DNA of 64,000 nucleotides, taken from contig NC_057718.1 in the NCBI RefSeq assembly GCF_004010195.1, forward strand, positions 59,631,622 through 59,695,621, written 5' to 3'. The notes below the pieces were generated by a model. That model saw only the letters and a program-made list of their open reading frames with translations. It had not been told where the DNA came from and did no database searches. This DNA comes from Chiloscyllium plagiosum (lineage: Eukaryota). Positions 14,601 through 26,178 of the stretch are shown here, piece by piece. How positions within the stretch are numbered: position 1 is the stretch's first letter; every line of letters begins with the position of its first letter. The translations under genes and the position numbers were made by a program.

Positions 14601-16884
14601 AGCAGAATATTACAACAGGACTGCATGTTATTGAACAGAGATTGTGAGGAAGTAAGCTAATTAATGAGCTAATAACAAAGAATCAGTGTTTAGCAATCAG
14701 TTGCTGGGTTTGTCACTTTGAGGCCTTTCAATAAAAAGTCCAAAAAAAATTGCTGGATGAACTCATAAATTATTGTGTTTTTTTAAATGACCCTCAAAGG
14801 TAATTTTCCCATTGGTTGAGTTACAGGCATTATTTAAGACAAAGGAGAGTTAACAGTCTGTTCAGCCGATTGAAAGTTAGGAAGGTTATTTTGCATCGTA
14901 GTGGGACACAAGGGAGCACTCGGCTTGAGTAAACAAGCGTGCAGCACTAATTATCAGTGCTCTGGGCTCAGAAAGGAGTCCTAATGAAGAGAAAACTTCA
15001 ATCTGCCCAGTATGATGAATGTCCTGGTCCCTATTGGCAGAGTGAGAGAAGAGCACTTGTCTCAACTGATCTTCTCAGATGCAATTACTGCAATGGAAAT
15101 GACTGCTGACCCATAGTAAATGATAGGGAGGTTATGCATGCTGAGTGCCATGAGTGCAATGGGCAACTTGTAAGACAGCCAATTACTTTGCACTCAGTCA
15201 CATGACTGACAAATGCAACCGACATAGATTAGATGAGAGTGATCTACAGAAAACAGCAAGTGAAATTATTTTGAATTATGACAATACTCTTGACAACAAT
15301 AGCTTCTTTCATTCCACGACATACGCCTTAATGATAATTGCTGTAACTTTACCTTACGGTTAGCTGCAGGTGTGCTAGCAGTCTTATTGCATAATATCCC
15401 AGCCTCATCTATTTAGGGTTTGTGCAAACTATTTCAACAGTGAAATATGCTGCTTCCAAAAAGTAATTTGTTTCTTCCTGTCTGTGTAAATTTATCATTG
15501 CATATGCATGTTTACCACAAAATGTTTTTCAATAGCCCTTCACAAATGACACTTCTTAGTTCTTATTTGACCCTGGCAGTACTGTACTCACTTACAGCTT
15601 TTTTTTAAAGTTGGTGTACAATGTTGCATTTGTTTCCGAGTTTATCATGTAATAAATACACCTCGATGGACATGCTGCTTATAGAACTGTTGAGAATTCT
15701 GTTCTTCAAGCATAGATGACTCTCCCTGTCCAATATCTATTTTACTATTAATAATATATTTATAGATATTGCGGAAACGTGCGTAGTGTCAGCAATATTG
15801 TCATCCTGTGTATTATATTTGCTACAGGATTACACTGGCAGAAAGAGTAAACGTGAACTGTTGTTGAGAAATAACAATAAAAACTGAGTTACTTCCAATT
15901 CCCAATTTTAAAAAAATGTACTCAGTACCTGCATTTCCTTACAGTAATGCAGGGGTTTAGCTCAAGTAGATAGATCTGGCTTTGTACAGTACAGAAAACC
16001 AGATGGTAAAGAGTTGGTAGCCTTTTTTTAATCTCTGGAGATTTTCATTTCTATTGAGGAGAGTCAAGATGTAGCCAAAGTTTGGAACCAGTTTGCGGCT
16101 TGTCCAAACAGATCTTGGGGTCATGAATATTGTTGAATCTGATAAAAATAATGGTGTTTTGCAACAGGATATGAAGAAATGCATTGACCTGGATTCTGCG
16201 GTCATTAGCAAATGAACGGTAATGCAATTACAATTGCCCATTATAAGATAGTCCAACAGCCTAGGGTTAGTACAGGGATAGGCTGGGGTTTGGGGGAGGG
16301 AAGGTGGCATTGAGAATCAGTGTACTTTGGAAACAAAGTATAGAACTGTGTATCTCCCAAAGCAGTACGATTAAAGAATTCTGGTATAAGCATATAGAGT
16401 CTGAACGTGTAAGTATAAGAATGTTGAATTTAATATAAAAGCATTAATATAAAGAAACATTGAGAGAGGAGAAAAAAGATGACATTAGGAAAAAGAGTAA
16501 AGGTGACAGAAAGAAACAGTACAAAATATTCTCATTTAAAATTATCCATTAGTTAAAATATCCAATAATAATTAAAACTGAAGGATTGAGATTTCAGACT
16601 TGAACAAGTTTTTCTTTAATGTCAGAGAGTTTGTTCGACAGTGACCACAATATTAAACAATTACTTATCCTGCAATTGGCATGCCAAACTACTTCTTCTG
16701 AGTTTAACAAACATCCATCAAGTAATTTCAACAATTTCACACAACCCATGTATTTAAATATTAGAATTTCTTGGTTAGAAATTGCTGTAGTGCAGTTTCT
16801 GCAGGAGGAGGACATGATTTCTGTGTTTAACTGAGTAGAAGTTGCTGATGAAATTTGTTGCTTCAATAAAGGTGGTGGCTGATT

Positions 16885-17270
16885 TTGTTTTTATTCACTT
16901 GTGGGACATGGACATTTCTGGCTGACCAGCGTTTATTACCTGTCCCTAGCTGCCCTTGAACAGAGTGGCTTGCTAAGTCATTTCAGAGGGCAGTTGAAAG
17001 TCAACCACATTACTGTGGATCTTGAGTTACATGTAGGTCAGACCAGCTGAGGATGACAGATTTCCTTTCGTGAAGAACATTAATGAGCTAGCTAGACTAT
17101 TCTGACAATCGGCAAAGATTTCATAATTGTCAGTAAGTTCTCAATTCCAATTTTTCTTTTTGCATTCAAATTTCAACCATTTGCTGTGGTGGGGTTTGAA
17201 CCCAGGTCCCCTGAACATTAGCTGAGTTCCTGGATTAATAGTCCAGTGGTAATGCCACTAGGCCATTGCG
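16885..17270 (-). mobile_element. tRNA-derived SINE (SacSINE1/Deu-SINE-like) with a LINE-derived tail
   Basis: Minus-strand head has A-box TGGCCTAGTGG and B-box GGTTCAAACCC. The 3' tail resembles the LINE end at ~58890-58950. Confidence 0.7.
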
Positions 17271-17736
17271 TCTCTGATAACCTCATTGCAACCTTTACAG
17301 CATAAGTGGGGGAGGAAAATCCATAAATTATTTTGTTTTCTTATGTCCTAATAATATACCAAAAAACATTAAGGGTGTGTTGAAAACATTTGAACTGTCA
17401 AATACCACATAAATTGATGAAACAAACTGGATAGACCCTCCCACCCTCCTCTTTGACTGGAGAATACTAATTGGTGTCCTGGTGCTGGCCTTGGAAGATC
17501 TGCTTCATTTTGAAAGCTGGTCTTCTTTCGCATGGCAATAGCGGGCTGCTGCTGAATATCAAGGGCTTTGGAGGAGAAAGGGATTCTGATGTCTCGGCTT
17601 GGATAAGAGCTTCAAAGGTCTGATTTACTCAGCTTTGGACATTGGTTTGAATCTTAAAAGGGTATGCTTCCTTACATAGGAGGTCCTCCAACATTCAAGT
17701 GGCAGGTCTGGAATACAGTTATTCCTGATGCACCAA

Positions 17737-17920
17737 TAGAGTCATAGAGATATACAGCACGGAAACAGACCCTTCGGTCCAACTTGTCCATGCCAACCAG
17801 ATGTCCCAACCTAATCTAGTCCCATTTGCCAGCACTTGGCCAATATTCCTCTAAAGCCTTCCTATTCATATGGCAATTCAGATGCCTTTTCAAAGCCTTT
17901 TAATTGTACCAGCCTCCAGT
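17737..17920 (-). mobile_element. CR1 3' end fragment
   Basis: ATAGAGTCATAGAG tail plus ACAGCACGGAAACAGACCCTTCGGTCCAAC, shared with copies at ~27700, ~47870 and ~63020. Confidence 0.85.
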
Positions 17921-18265
17921 GACAACAAGATATGTCACTGAACATCTTTTTGAGGCCACTTCTGTGCCATTTGAACATTGGAGCATCCTGAGATTGTGAA
18001 AAATACATAAAGGCAATTTCTTACCATTTTTCTAAATGTCAAAAATAACACTTAGCTCAATGCACCAGAAACCAATCCCAATACAATTTCTTTTGAGAAT
18101 ACATGCTAAAACTGAAAAGGATGAGGAACAGAAGACTATAAAGCAATTTTTGTTCTGCCGCCTCCCCCATGAATCCTGAGCCCTGAGCCAGCTGACCAAC
18201 GACACCTGTTCTGCCACCCCTCTGCTGCATGAGCCCAAACCACCAACATTGCAGTTGCCACTCAT

Positions 18266-18571
18266 CGGGACCCCCCCAACTCCACTGCCGCCATCACCTC
18301 AATGATGCCGTGAGTCTCAACTCCAGGCCTAACACAACCAGGAGACCCCCGACTCCACCTCTGCCATCACCTCAACGATGCCGGGAGTCTCCACTCTGGG
18401 GGTCTACCACAACCAGGACCCCCCTAACTCCACTGCTGCCATCACCTCAATGATGCCAGGAGTCTCCATTCCAGGCCTAACACAACCAGGACCCCCCCAA
18501 CTCCACTGCCGCCATCACCTCAATGATGCCAAAGTCTCCACTCTGGGGGCCTACCACAACCAGGACCTCCT
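18266..18571. repeat. Tandem repeat of ~73-75-bp units x4, alternating A/B variants
   Basis: Unit is CCAGGACCCCCCCAACTCCACTGCCGCCATCACCTCAATGATGCC..GAGTCTCCA, ending alternately CCAGGCCTAACACAA or CTGGGGG(T/C)CTACCACAA. Confidence 0.9.
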
Positions 18572-19852
18572 GCAACAGGACTCCGCTGCCAGACCAGGCC
18601 CCCACCTCACCAAGGGTCCTGCTCTGGCCGCTGTCCTCCACAATGTAATCTTCTCCGCCACTGCTGACAGGAAGTAGATGAAGAAAGCAGAAAATAAAAA
18701 GAAAGAAGGTGCAAAACGGGTGAGGAAAGAAGGGAGAAAGCAGCCATCTGGAATGAATGGGCCCAGGAGAGTGCCTACCTTACTGCAGCACCATTTTGTA
18801 AAAGATTGGCAGTGGGCTGGAAATTTTTTTAGAAGGCTAGGGCATCATTCATGTCCCATTTAAATGAATAAAAATATTTTAAAGATCAATTTTGAGTGTT
18901 TATTTTTAAGAGATGTTGTTTTATATATTCTGCTCTTCTGAGCTCTTCATAAATTTGAGCTCATGCTTTTCATGCAAAGCCACTGTGCTCATTGACTTAA
19001 ATTGGCTCCTGGTTCAGCATGCTGGGATTTAAAACTTCACACTATTGGTCTCACCTTCCTCCCACACCTCAGTCCTCCTTTTCCAACAATCAACCTTACA
19101 ACTTACTTAGAATTTCACGCTTTTCCAATTCTGACCTCCTGCTCATTCCTGATTGTCATTGCTCCATTACAGACAGTGGCAGCCGGGAGCTACAGTCTCA
19201 GCTTTAAATTCTTGAACTTATGTCTTCTTATTTACATATTCCTTCAATCCCTTTGTCGCATTTTGGTCGCCTATCTTCAGTGTTGAATTTTATTCAATAA
19301 TGCTTCTTAGGATATTTTACTATTTAAAGTTTCTTTATTAACTCTTTATTGAGATTACTGACAACTGCTGGATTTTTTTCAGTTTAACCAGAAGTTTCCA
19401 GAAGATTTATCACGTGATAATGACATAAAATGTCAACTTTGCCAGCGTTATTACAACAAACTCTGTGTCTTTATCATAAATATTACTGATTTGAACTGAT
19501 ACATGCATGAAATTATTGTTGAGACTTCTAAATTCCATTTTCACCTATTCTTATGAAAGGCAATTTAATTTATGATTTTGCCGAATTGCTTTGGTAGGTC
19601 CAAGATTTCAGCTACCCCTATGCAATTGACTTCTTTCTATCTTGGCTTTATTTTGTTTCCTTTATCCAGAATTTTCTCACATGTAACCTTTTCTTTCCAA
19701 TCGACATGTTCAGAGATGTCATTACACATGTCTGGAGAAGGTGTGAATTGAAAACGCAAACCTCCCAGTACAGTATGCTACAAGAGGGCCCCTGTATGTG
19801 TGACTATTACATCACCTTTCACCGCTTTACAGTTTCCAGTTTCTGGTCCAAT

Positions 19853-20396
19853 CGGTAGCAAAAATAGAAATTTCTGTAAAAGCTTAGCATATCTGGCAGC
19901 ATCTGTGGAGAGAAATCAACGTTAACATTTCGGGTCAAGTGACACTTCCTCAGAATACAGGTGTGATAAGCAACTTTGAACAGCCAAACATCTGATTCAA
20001 TCAAACTCTTAAAATGAGACATAGATTATATTAAATTCCCAAATCAGTGAGATAAGCACATTGCCTCAGTCACATATCTCAATCCATCTAACGTCTTCAA
20101 ATCTAATGCTGATACAAAATGCATATCTCAGTGAGATAAGCAGATTGGGACATCTAAATCGCTTAATCCATCAAGCCTCTTAATGCCTGAAACTGATGGT
20201 ACAAATACAAATCTCAGTGAGATAAACACATTGTCACATCTAAATCTCTCAGTCCTATGGAGAGAAATCAGAATTAACGTTTTGGATTGAGTGACCCTTC
20301 CTCAGAACACAGATGCCGCCAGACCTTCTGTGATTTTCCAGCAATTTCTAATCTTGTTTCTGATTTACAGCATCTGTAGTTCTATTGGTTTTTATA
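19853..20396. mobile_element. Composite Penelope pLTR-derived insertion containing 3 x ~85-bp tandem repeats
   Basis: pLTR/hammerhead-type segments at ~19860-19955 and ~20258-20390 enclose three repeats starting TCAGTGAGATAA.CA.ATTG (~20044, ~20128, ~20214). TGGTCCAAT flanks both sides (19844-19852, 20397-20405). Confidence 0.65.
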
Positions 20397-20645
20397 TGGT
20401 CCAATTCTTTTTCACCATGAGTGTCCAATCCCTGTATCCCTGTAACCTACACATGAACAGTCTGAGTGTTGTCCATTTTTCCCTTAGCTGGAAGCTTAAT
20501 CACCCCCCCCCATCCAGGACATCCTTACTCTGCCTTGCTGAACTTGCCACAACATTGAATAACTTCCCTCTTCATTCATGGGATGGAGCCTTAATTATCT
20601 AGGCAATCACAAATTAACCATCCATGATTGCCCTGGAAAGGATAG

Positions 20646-20950
20646 GGTGGGATGGTGGGTCAGTGGTTAGCACTGCTGCCTCACACAGCCAGGAATCTGA
20701 GTTCGATTTCACCCTTAGGCGACTGTCTGTGTAGCGATTGCACATTCTCCCCGTGCCTACGTGGGTTTCCTCCGGGTGCTCCGGTTCTACCCCATAGTTC
20801 AAAGATGTGCTGGTTAGATGGATTGCCATGCTAAATTGCCCATAATGCCCAGGGATGTGTAGGCTTGGTGAATTATCCATAGAAAATGTGGGGTTGCTGT
20901 GGACACAATTGTCAGAATGGCCTGCTTCCACAATGTAAGTTTTCTAAGAT
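20646..20950 (+). mobile_element. HE1-like V-SINE (tRNA-derived)
   Basis: Head GGTGG..CAGTGGTTAGCACTGCTGCCTCACA..GTTCGATT, conserved core GCACATTCTCCCCGTG..CGTGGGTTTCCTCCGGGTGCTCCGGTT, and a CR1-type tail. Confidence 0.85.
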
Positions 20951-21586
20951 GGTGGTGAACTGTTGCAGTCTTTGTCTCAACTCACTTCCTCCAAATAAAA
21001 GGTGGTGCTCTGAAAACAATACGGGTGGTACCTACATCTGTCTTTTTCACTAAATATAAGGAATTTCCTTTGTTGAAGCATGTCCTCAACTCTCTCTTCT
21101 TTTTTATCTCTCAATCCATTGAGGACTGCTTCAGTGCTGTTTTGTGCAATCACTTTAAACTGGAAAAAGTCATAAACTTTGCTTCCAACTTCCACTTTTC
21201 CCATGCCTCCACAAGGTCCATCTCCAAATCTTCCTTTCACCTTTATTTCCTAGATTTCTGTTCTCACCCTTTATTCCTCTTCCCAGAACCAGAATTCCTT
21301 GTTTTTTCTTTTCCCATCACACCATCCTTCAATTTCAATTGGTTGTTTTCTGCTATTCCTGTGTCTCCAATGTGATTGTACCATGAACTTAATATTCCAT
21401 TCTCTCCCCTTGCAGAATTCTGAAGGGGCCATTCCCTCCATGACACTGACGTACTCCTCAATCAGCCCAAGACTTTGTACCTTTCCAACAGCACCCTTTT
21501 AATGCAAGCACAGCAAATGCAACACCTGCCCTTTTACTTTCTGCAATTTCCACTTATTTCTCTTTTTGACATACCTGTTATTTCTT

Positions 21587-21762
21587 TGGAGAAAAAGTAG
21601 AGTTAACGTTTCACGTCCAGTAACCCTTCTTCAGAACGTTCAGTCACTGGATGTAAAACGTTAATTCTTCTTTCTCTCCACAAATGCTGCCCAACTTGCT
21701 GAATTTTTCCAGCAATTTCTGATTTTATTTCTGATTTCTAGCATCCACAATGCTTTATTTTT
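21587..21762. mobile_element. Penelope pLTR-derived inverted-repeat insertion with hammerhead-like core
   Basis: GGAGA..AGAGTTAACGTTT..CCAGT.AC is inverted against GTCACTGGA..AAACGTTAA..CTCTCC, followed by a pLTR tail. Confidence 0.7.
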
Positions 21763-22884
21763 CTGCTGTTTCTTTATTTGTCTTTTTACTACCTCCTTTT
21801 GTGTTACACTATTTTTGTCATTTATTCTCTCCTGCCGTCTGCCTAATTACATCCTTTGCTTATTGTTCTTTCCTATCTCCTCCATTTTCCTACCTCTATA
21901 CTTGCTTAAATAATCAAGTATAATATTTTCTAGATTTGATATGAAATCATTGACCTGAAGCAATGACCTTTGGTTGCATTTTAGAAAAGACCACAGGCCA
22001 TACTGGCAAAATTTGGAAGCAGATAGTGTTTCCATTCAGAAGTTGGTGGGGAGAACGTAGGATAAGCATGTACTGCCAGTAATATGGGAAAAACCTGACA
22101 GCTCTCTTCCTGAACAGCATTCTGTCTTGCAAGGATGGTGTGCCTTTGCAAAGATCACATCTATAATTGATGGCATCCATGACCACTCTGTCCCAAAATT
22201 ATTACTTGCTGATACTTTAGCTTGCAGTGTTTTTCTTGACATCTCTATCAGTGATGTTTAGCCATTGGTTTCCACTTCCAGGGACAGGGTGAGGAGGCAG
22301 ACCCCAAATCCACCTTAGCTGGCACAGGAACCAGTTCCATGCTGTTGGCATTATTCTCAACTCTGTATATATCACCTGGGGGAAGTGCTGAGAGAAGCTA
22401 GTTTACAAAATGTATCATGGGCGAGGACTTCAATATCTAACAAAAAGGATTCAGTTATACTGATACTAAAAGATCTGACAGAGGATGTACTTAGATGTGT
22501 ACATGTGATGCCAAGGTATAGGAGGCTATGGGCCAAGCACTGGAAATTGAATTAAAATAGATGCTTGCTTTTGACTAGTTTTCTGTTTTACAGACCTCTA
22601 TAGCCCTATGATTAGGTCTTCCAGTGCTGGCAAGAGATCAAACAGGACTGAAAAAATTATAAATGCACAATGAGGTTGGATGACAGCTCTGTCATCCATT
22701 ATTCTATTCAAGCAGCTGTGCTCAAAGGATAATATGGCTCAATTGACAGGACTTTACCTTAATTGTATTTAATCAATTTCACAATGTTTATTTACATTTG
22801 CCAAAACATGTCAAGTGATTGTTGTTTCTGCCAATGATATTTTAATGGTCTGAATAATTGGCAATTTTGTAGAGCTATATTAAA

Positions 22885-23005
22885 GTCAAAAACCACACAG
22901 CACCAGATTATGGTCCATACTTACAAATAAACCTGTTGGACTATAACTTGATATTGTGTGATTTTTAACATTGTCCACCCCAGTCCAAAACTGGCACCTC
23001 CTCAT
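22885..23005. mobile_element. Collapsed Penelope pLTR hairpin of a second family
   Basis: CACACAGCACCAGATTATGGTCCA is inverted against TGGACTATAACTTGATATTGTGTG, followed by GTCCACCCCAGTCCAA..GGCACCTCC. Confidence 0.55.
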
Positions 23006-23314
23006 TAAGTTAGAGTCAGCATTTTTAAAGACAGCTATTAATCAATTACATTTAAAAAGCTTTCCCACATATACTTTTGCTATTATATGATTAATTGGTT
23101 CAATAAAGCTATTAGTTCCAGTGGAATGGAGGGGAGGAGATGGGGCAGGTGCTAGGTGGAAACCTAGGACATGAAAAGCCATTGGTGTAGATGGAATGGA
23201 ATAGGTAGGCATGGATGGGTCATGACTGGCACACATTGAATGTGAGAAAGAAATGAATGATGTAAAGGTTGAGGACTAAACAACCAATAATTAAACAAAC
23301 AACTGGGAAGAAGT

Positions 23315-23529
23315 AAGTGAGGACTGCAGATGCTGGAGATCAGAGCTGAAAAATGTGTTGCTGGAAAAGCGCAGCAGGTCAGGCAGCACCCAAGGAGCAG
23401 GAGAATCGACGTTTCGGGCATAAGCCCTTCTTCAGAAATCTGAAGAAGGGCTTATGCCCGAAACGTCGATTCTCCTGCTCCTTGGATGCTGCCTGACCTG
23501 CTGCGCTTTTCCAGCAACACATTTTTCAG
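23315..23529. mobile_element. Penelope pLTR-derived palindromic insertion (91-bp arms)
   Basis: Arms 23346-23436 and 23439-23529 are reverse complements with one mismatch. TSD AACTGGGAA[G/A]AAGT at 23301-23314 and 23530-23543. Confidence 0.88.
23440..23470 (+). ncRNA. Minimal Penelope-type hammerhead ribozyme motif
   Basis: CUGAAGA-A-GGGC(UUAU)GCCC-GAAAC-GUC: conserved core, 4-bp helix II, palindromic ACGU helix III, and a GUC cleavage triplet. Helix I is weak. Confidence 0.6.
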
Positions 23530-23701
23530 AACTGGGAAAAAGTCCCAGGGAATTGAGGCAGGCCTTTTAACAGGGCTGCCTTGGCTTTTGAGAGCCTTTG
23601 CTGTTGTCTCCACACTGGTTCAGGGGCAGTGGGACTCACTCCAATTAGCAAGTAATGGCAGAGGAATTGGAGAAATACTGCCACATTTCTTCCAGTTTTG
23701 A

Positions 23702-24302
23702 CCATAAGACTACAAGATATAGGAGCAGAACTAGGCAAAAGTGAGGACTGCAGATCCTGGAAATCAGATACAAGGTTAGAGTGGTGCTGGAAAAACACAG
23801 CAGTTCAGGCAGCATCCGAGGAGCAGGAAAATCGACATTTCAGGCAGGAGCCCTTCATCAACCCGAACCATTGATTTTCCTGCTCCTCTGATGCTGCCTG
23901 ACCTGCTGTGCTTTTCCAGCACCACTCTAAATCTAGGAGCAGAATTGGGCCATTCACTTTATCATATCTGCTCAACCTTTTGATCATGGCTGATAATTGC
24001 CTCAACCCCATTCTCCTGCCTTCTCCTTGTAACCATTGATTCCCTACTAATCAAGAGCCTGTCTATCTTTTCTAAAATCTACTCAATGACTTGATCGCCA
24101 CAGCCTTCTGTGGCAATGAGTTCCACAGCTTCACCATCCTCTATCTGAAGAAGTCACTTCTCATCTCACTTCTCAAGGGTCATCCTTTCATTCTGAGGCT
24201 CTGCCATTGGATCCTAGTACTAGTGGAAGCAACTTCTCCACATCCACTCTATCCAGGCCTCTCAGTATTCTGTAAGTTTTAGTCAGACACCCCTCATCCT
24301 TC
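23702..24302 (-). mobile_element. CR1 3' fragment, interrupted by the insertion at 23737-23933
   Basis: CATAAGAC..ATAGGAGCAGAA..GGCCATTC tail followed by typical CR1 3' sequence. Confidence 0.75.
23737..23933. mobile_element. Penelope pLTR-derived inverted-repeat insertion inside a CR1 tail
   Basis: TTAGAGTGGTGCTGGAAAA..GCAGCATC..GAGCAGGAAAATC is followed by its inverse. TSD-like TAGGAGCAGAA(C/T)T(A/G)GGC at 23720-23736 and 23934-23950. Confidence 0.8.
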
Positions 24303-25235
24303 ATGGTAGAAGACTATAATAGCATTTTAAAAAATATGAAGTAATCAAGGGGTTAAAGGGGTGGGGCATGGGGAAAAAACTCAGTAACTATCACTAGAAG
24401 AAAAGTACTGGGGTAACTAAAGGGGCCACAAGACAATATGTTCCCTGGATTTCAAAGGAAGGAGCTATAGAGTTAGTAGATGCATCAGTAGTAACCTTCC
24501 AAAAACTCTTAGATTTTGAAAAGGTCCCAGAGAATCGGAAAATTGCCAATATAACCCTTATTCAGAAAGGGAGGAAGACAAAAAGGGTAACTATAGGCCA
24601 GTTAGCTTAAAATCTGACATTGAGTCTATTGTAAAGGATTTAATAGTAGAGTATTTAGAATTACATAACATAATTAAATAGAGTCAATGTAGCTTCATGA
24701 AGGGGAATCTTACCTGACAAATTCATTAAAATTCTTTGAGGAGGTAACAAGCAGGATAGATAAAGAAGAATGAATAAATGTAATCAATTTGGGTTTCCAA
24801 AATGTGTTTGATAAGTTATCATATATAAGGCTACTTAGTAAGATGAGCCGAGTGGGTTTTGGGGGCAATATATGAGTATGGATAAAGAATTGACTAACTA
24901 TTAGAAGGCAAAGAGTTGCATTAAAAGGGGCATTTTCAGGATGGCAACCTGTAACTAGTGGAGTACCAAAAGGATTAGTTCTAGGTTCACAATTATTTAC
25001 AACATATTTCTGTGGAATTCTTTACCAAAGAGGGCTGTAGAGGTTGGGTTGTTAGGTACATATCAGGCTGAGATAGGCAGATTTTTAATCATTAAGGGAA
25101 TCAAGGGTTGCAGGCATAAGGCAGGTAAGTGGAACTGAGGGTTATCAGATTGGCTACTACCTCAGTGAATGGCATAGCAAATGTGATGTGCTAACTAGAC
25201 TACATCTGGTCCTACATCTTATAGTATTATGTTCT
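24303..25235 (+). mobile_element. Degenerate CR1 RT plus 3' end, internally deleted
   Basis: Decayed KVPE..KIAN..LFRKG..KGNYRPVSL, FMKG..LTN..KFFEEVT and VTSGVPKGLVLG motifs; 3' end resembles the minus-strand copy just upstream. Confidence 0.75.
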
Positions 25236-25864
25236 TTTTAAATTGTATACTGTAGTCTCACGCTTGCCCAGTTCCCAATTGCCTCACTCTATCTCTCCAC
25301 TCCATTATTGCCTTCCAAGTGCCCAAGGCTTATGATCCTGACCCTGATCCTGCCCTCAGTAATAAGTTGTCTGCCTCTGGACTTTGACGGATGAATGTAG
25401 TCAGCCTAGACTATAATAATGAAGCCACCAAGCCAATACATTATCGCTGTACCCCCAAACTCATTCGGCACCTCACTATCAACACAATCCAATCTGCTGG
25501 TACGATATGTAAAATTACAAACTGCCGTCTTTCAAATATTACACTTGCCTGTTTGTATTTCAAAGGTCTTATTTTGTTACAGATGCAAAGGAATCTTAAA
25601 AATGGAAGTTAAAAAGAGGTCAAATAAATGTCACTTAGAATTTGGTGCAACCTACAAAGAAACAATCCCCGTTATTCACCTTAGGCTTTTAATTCCTTAT
25701 TGATTAAAAGACAGAATAGTTTTGTGATTATTTACAATCAATTACACACAGCTACTCTCTTAGCAGCAGAATAATAAACAGGCGATATGTTACACAACAC
25801 AACCAGGACAGTCCTCCAGATAATTAAATGTTTCAAAATATACCAATGAACATAAGTTTTTTAT

Positions 25865-26178
25865 TGCTAGAGAATGTCTACAACATGGAAGAAGGCTATG
25901 CAGCCCATACCAACACTCTGAGGAGCATCCCGCCCAGACGGATCCCCCTCCCCTTTTCCCTGTATTTCCCATGGCTAACCCACCTAGCCTGCACACAGCT
26001 GCAATTTAATATGGCCAATTCACCTAGCCTACACAGTTTTGGACTGTGGGAGGAAACCCATGGAGGCAGAGGGAGAATGTATGAAATCCACACAGACAGT
26101 CAACTGACAGTTGATTCAAATCTGGGTCGCTGGTGCTGTGAGGCAACAGTGCTAACCACTGAGCCAATGTGCCACCCT
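25865..26178 (-). mobile_element. HE1-like V-SINE
   Basis: The reverse complement begins GGGTGGCACATTGGCTCAGTGGTTAGCACTGTTGCCTCACAGCACCAG, same family as 20646. Confidence 0.85.

Larger units (their letters stand above)
19800..21540 (+). mobile_element. Degenerate Penelope-like element RT region, interrupted twice
   Basis: FFTMSVQSLY...LLCLAELATTLNNF (ORF 20291..20602), STHFLQIKGGAL (~20977) and SIEDCFSA (a decayed YIDD motif) match the PLE RT motifs TMDVQSLY / LAELVLTLNNFSFN / FLQ..GVAMG / RYIDD. Confidence 0.75.

Noticed and set aside
20646..20720. tRNA gene
   Set aside because: The A/B boxes belong to a SINE head that continues into a V-type core; there is no full cloverleaf. The same applies to the heads near 26100-26178, 35018 and 17200-17270.
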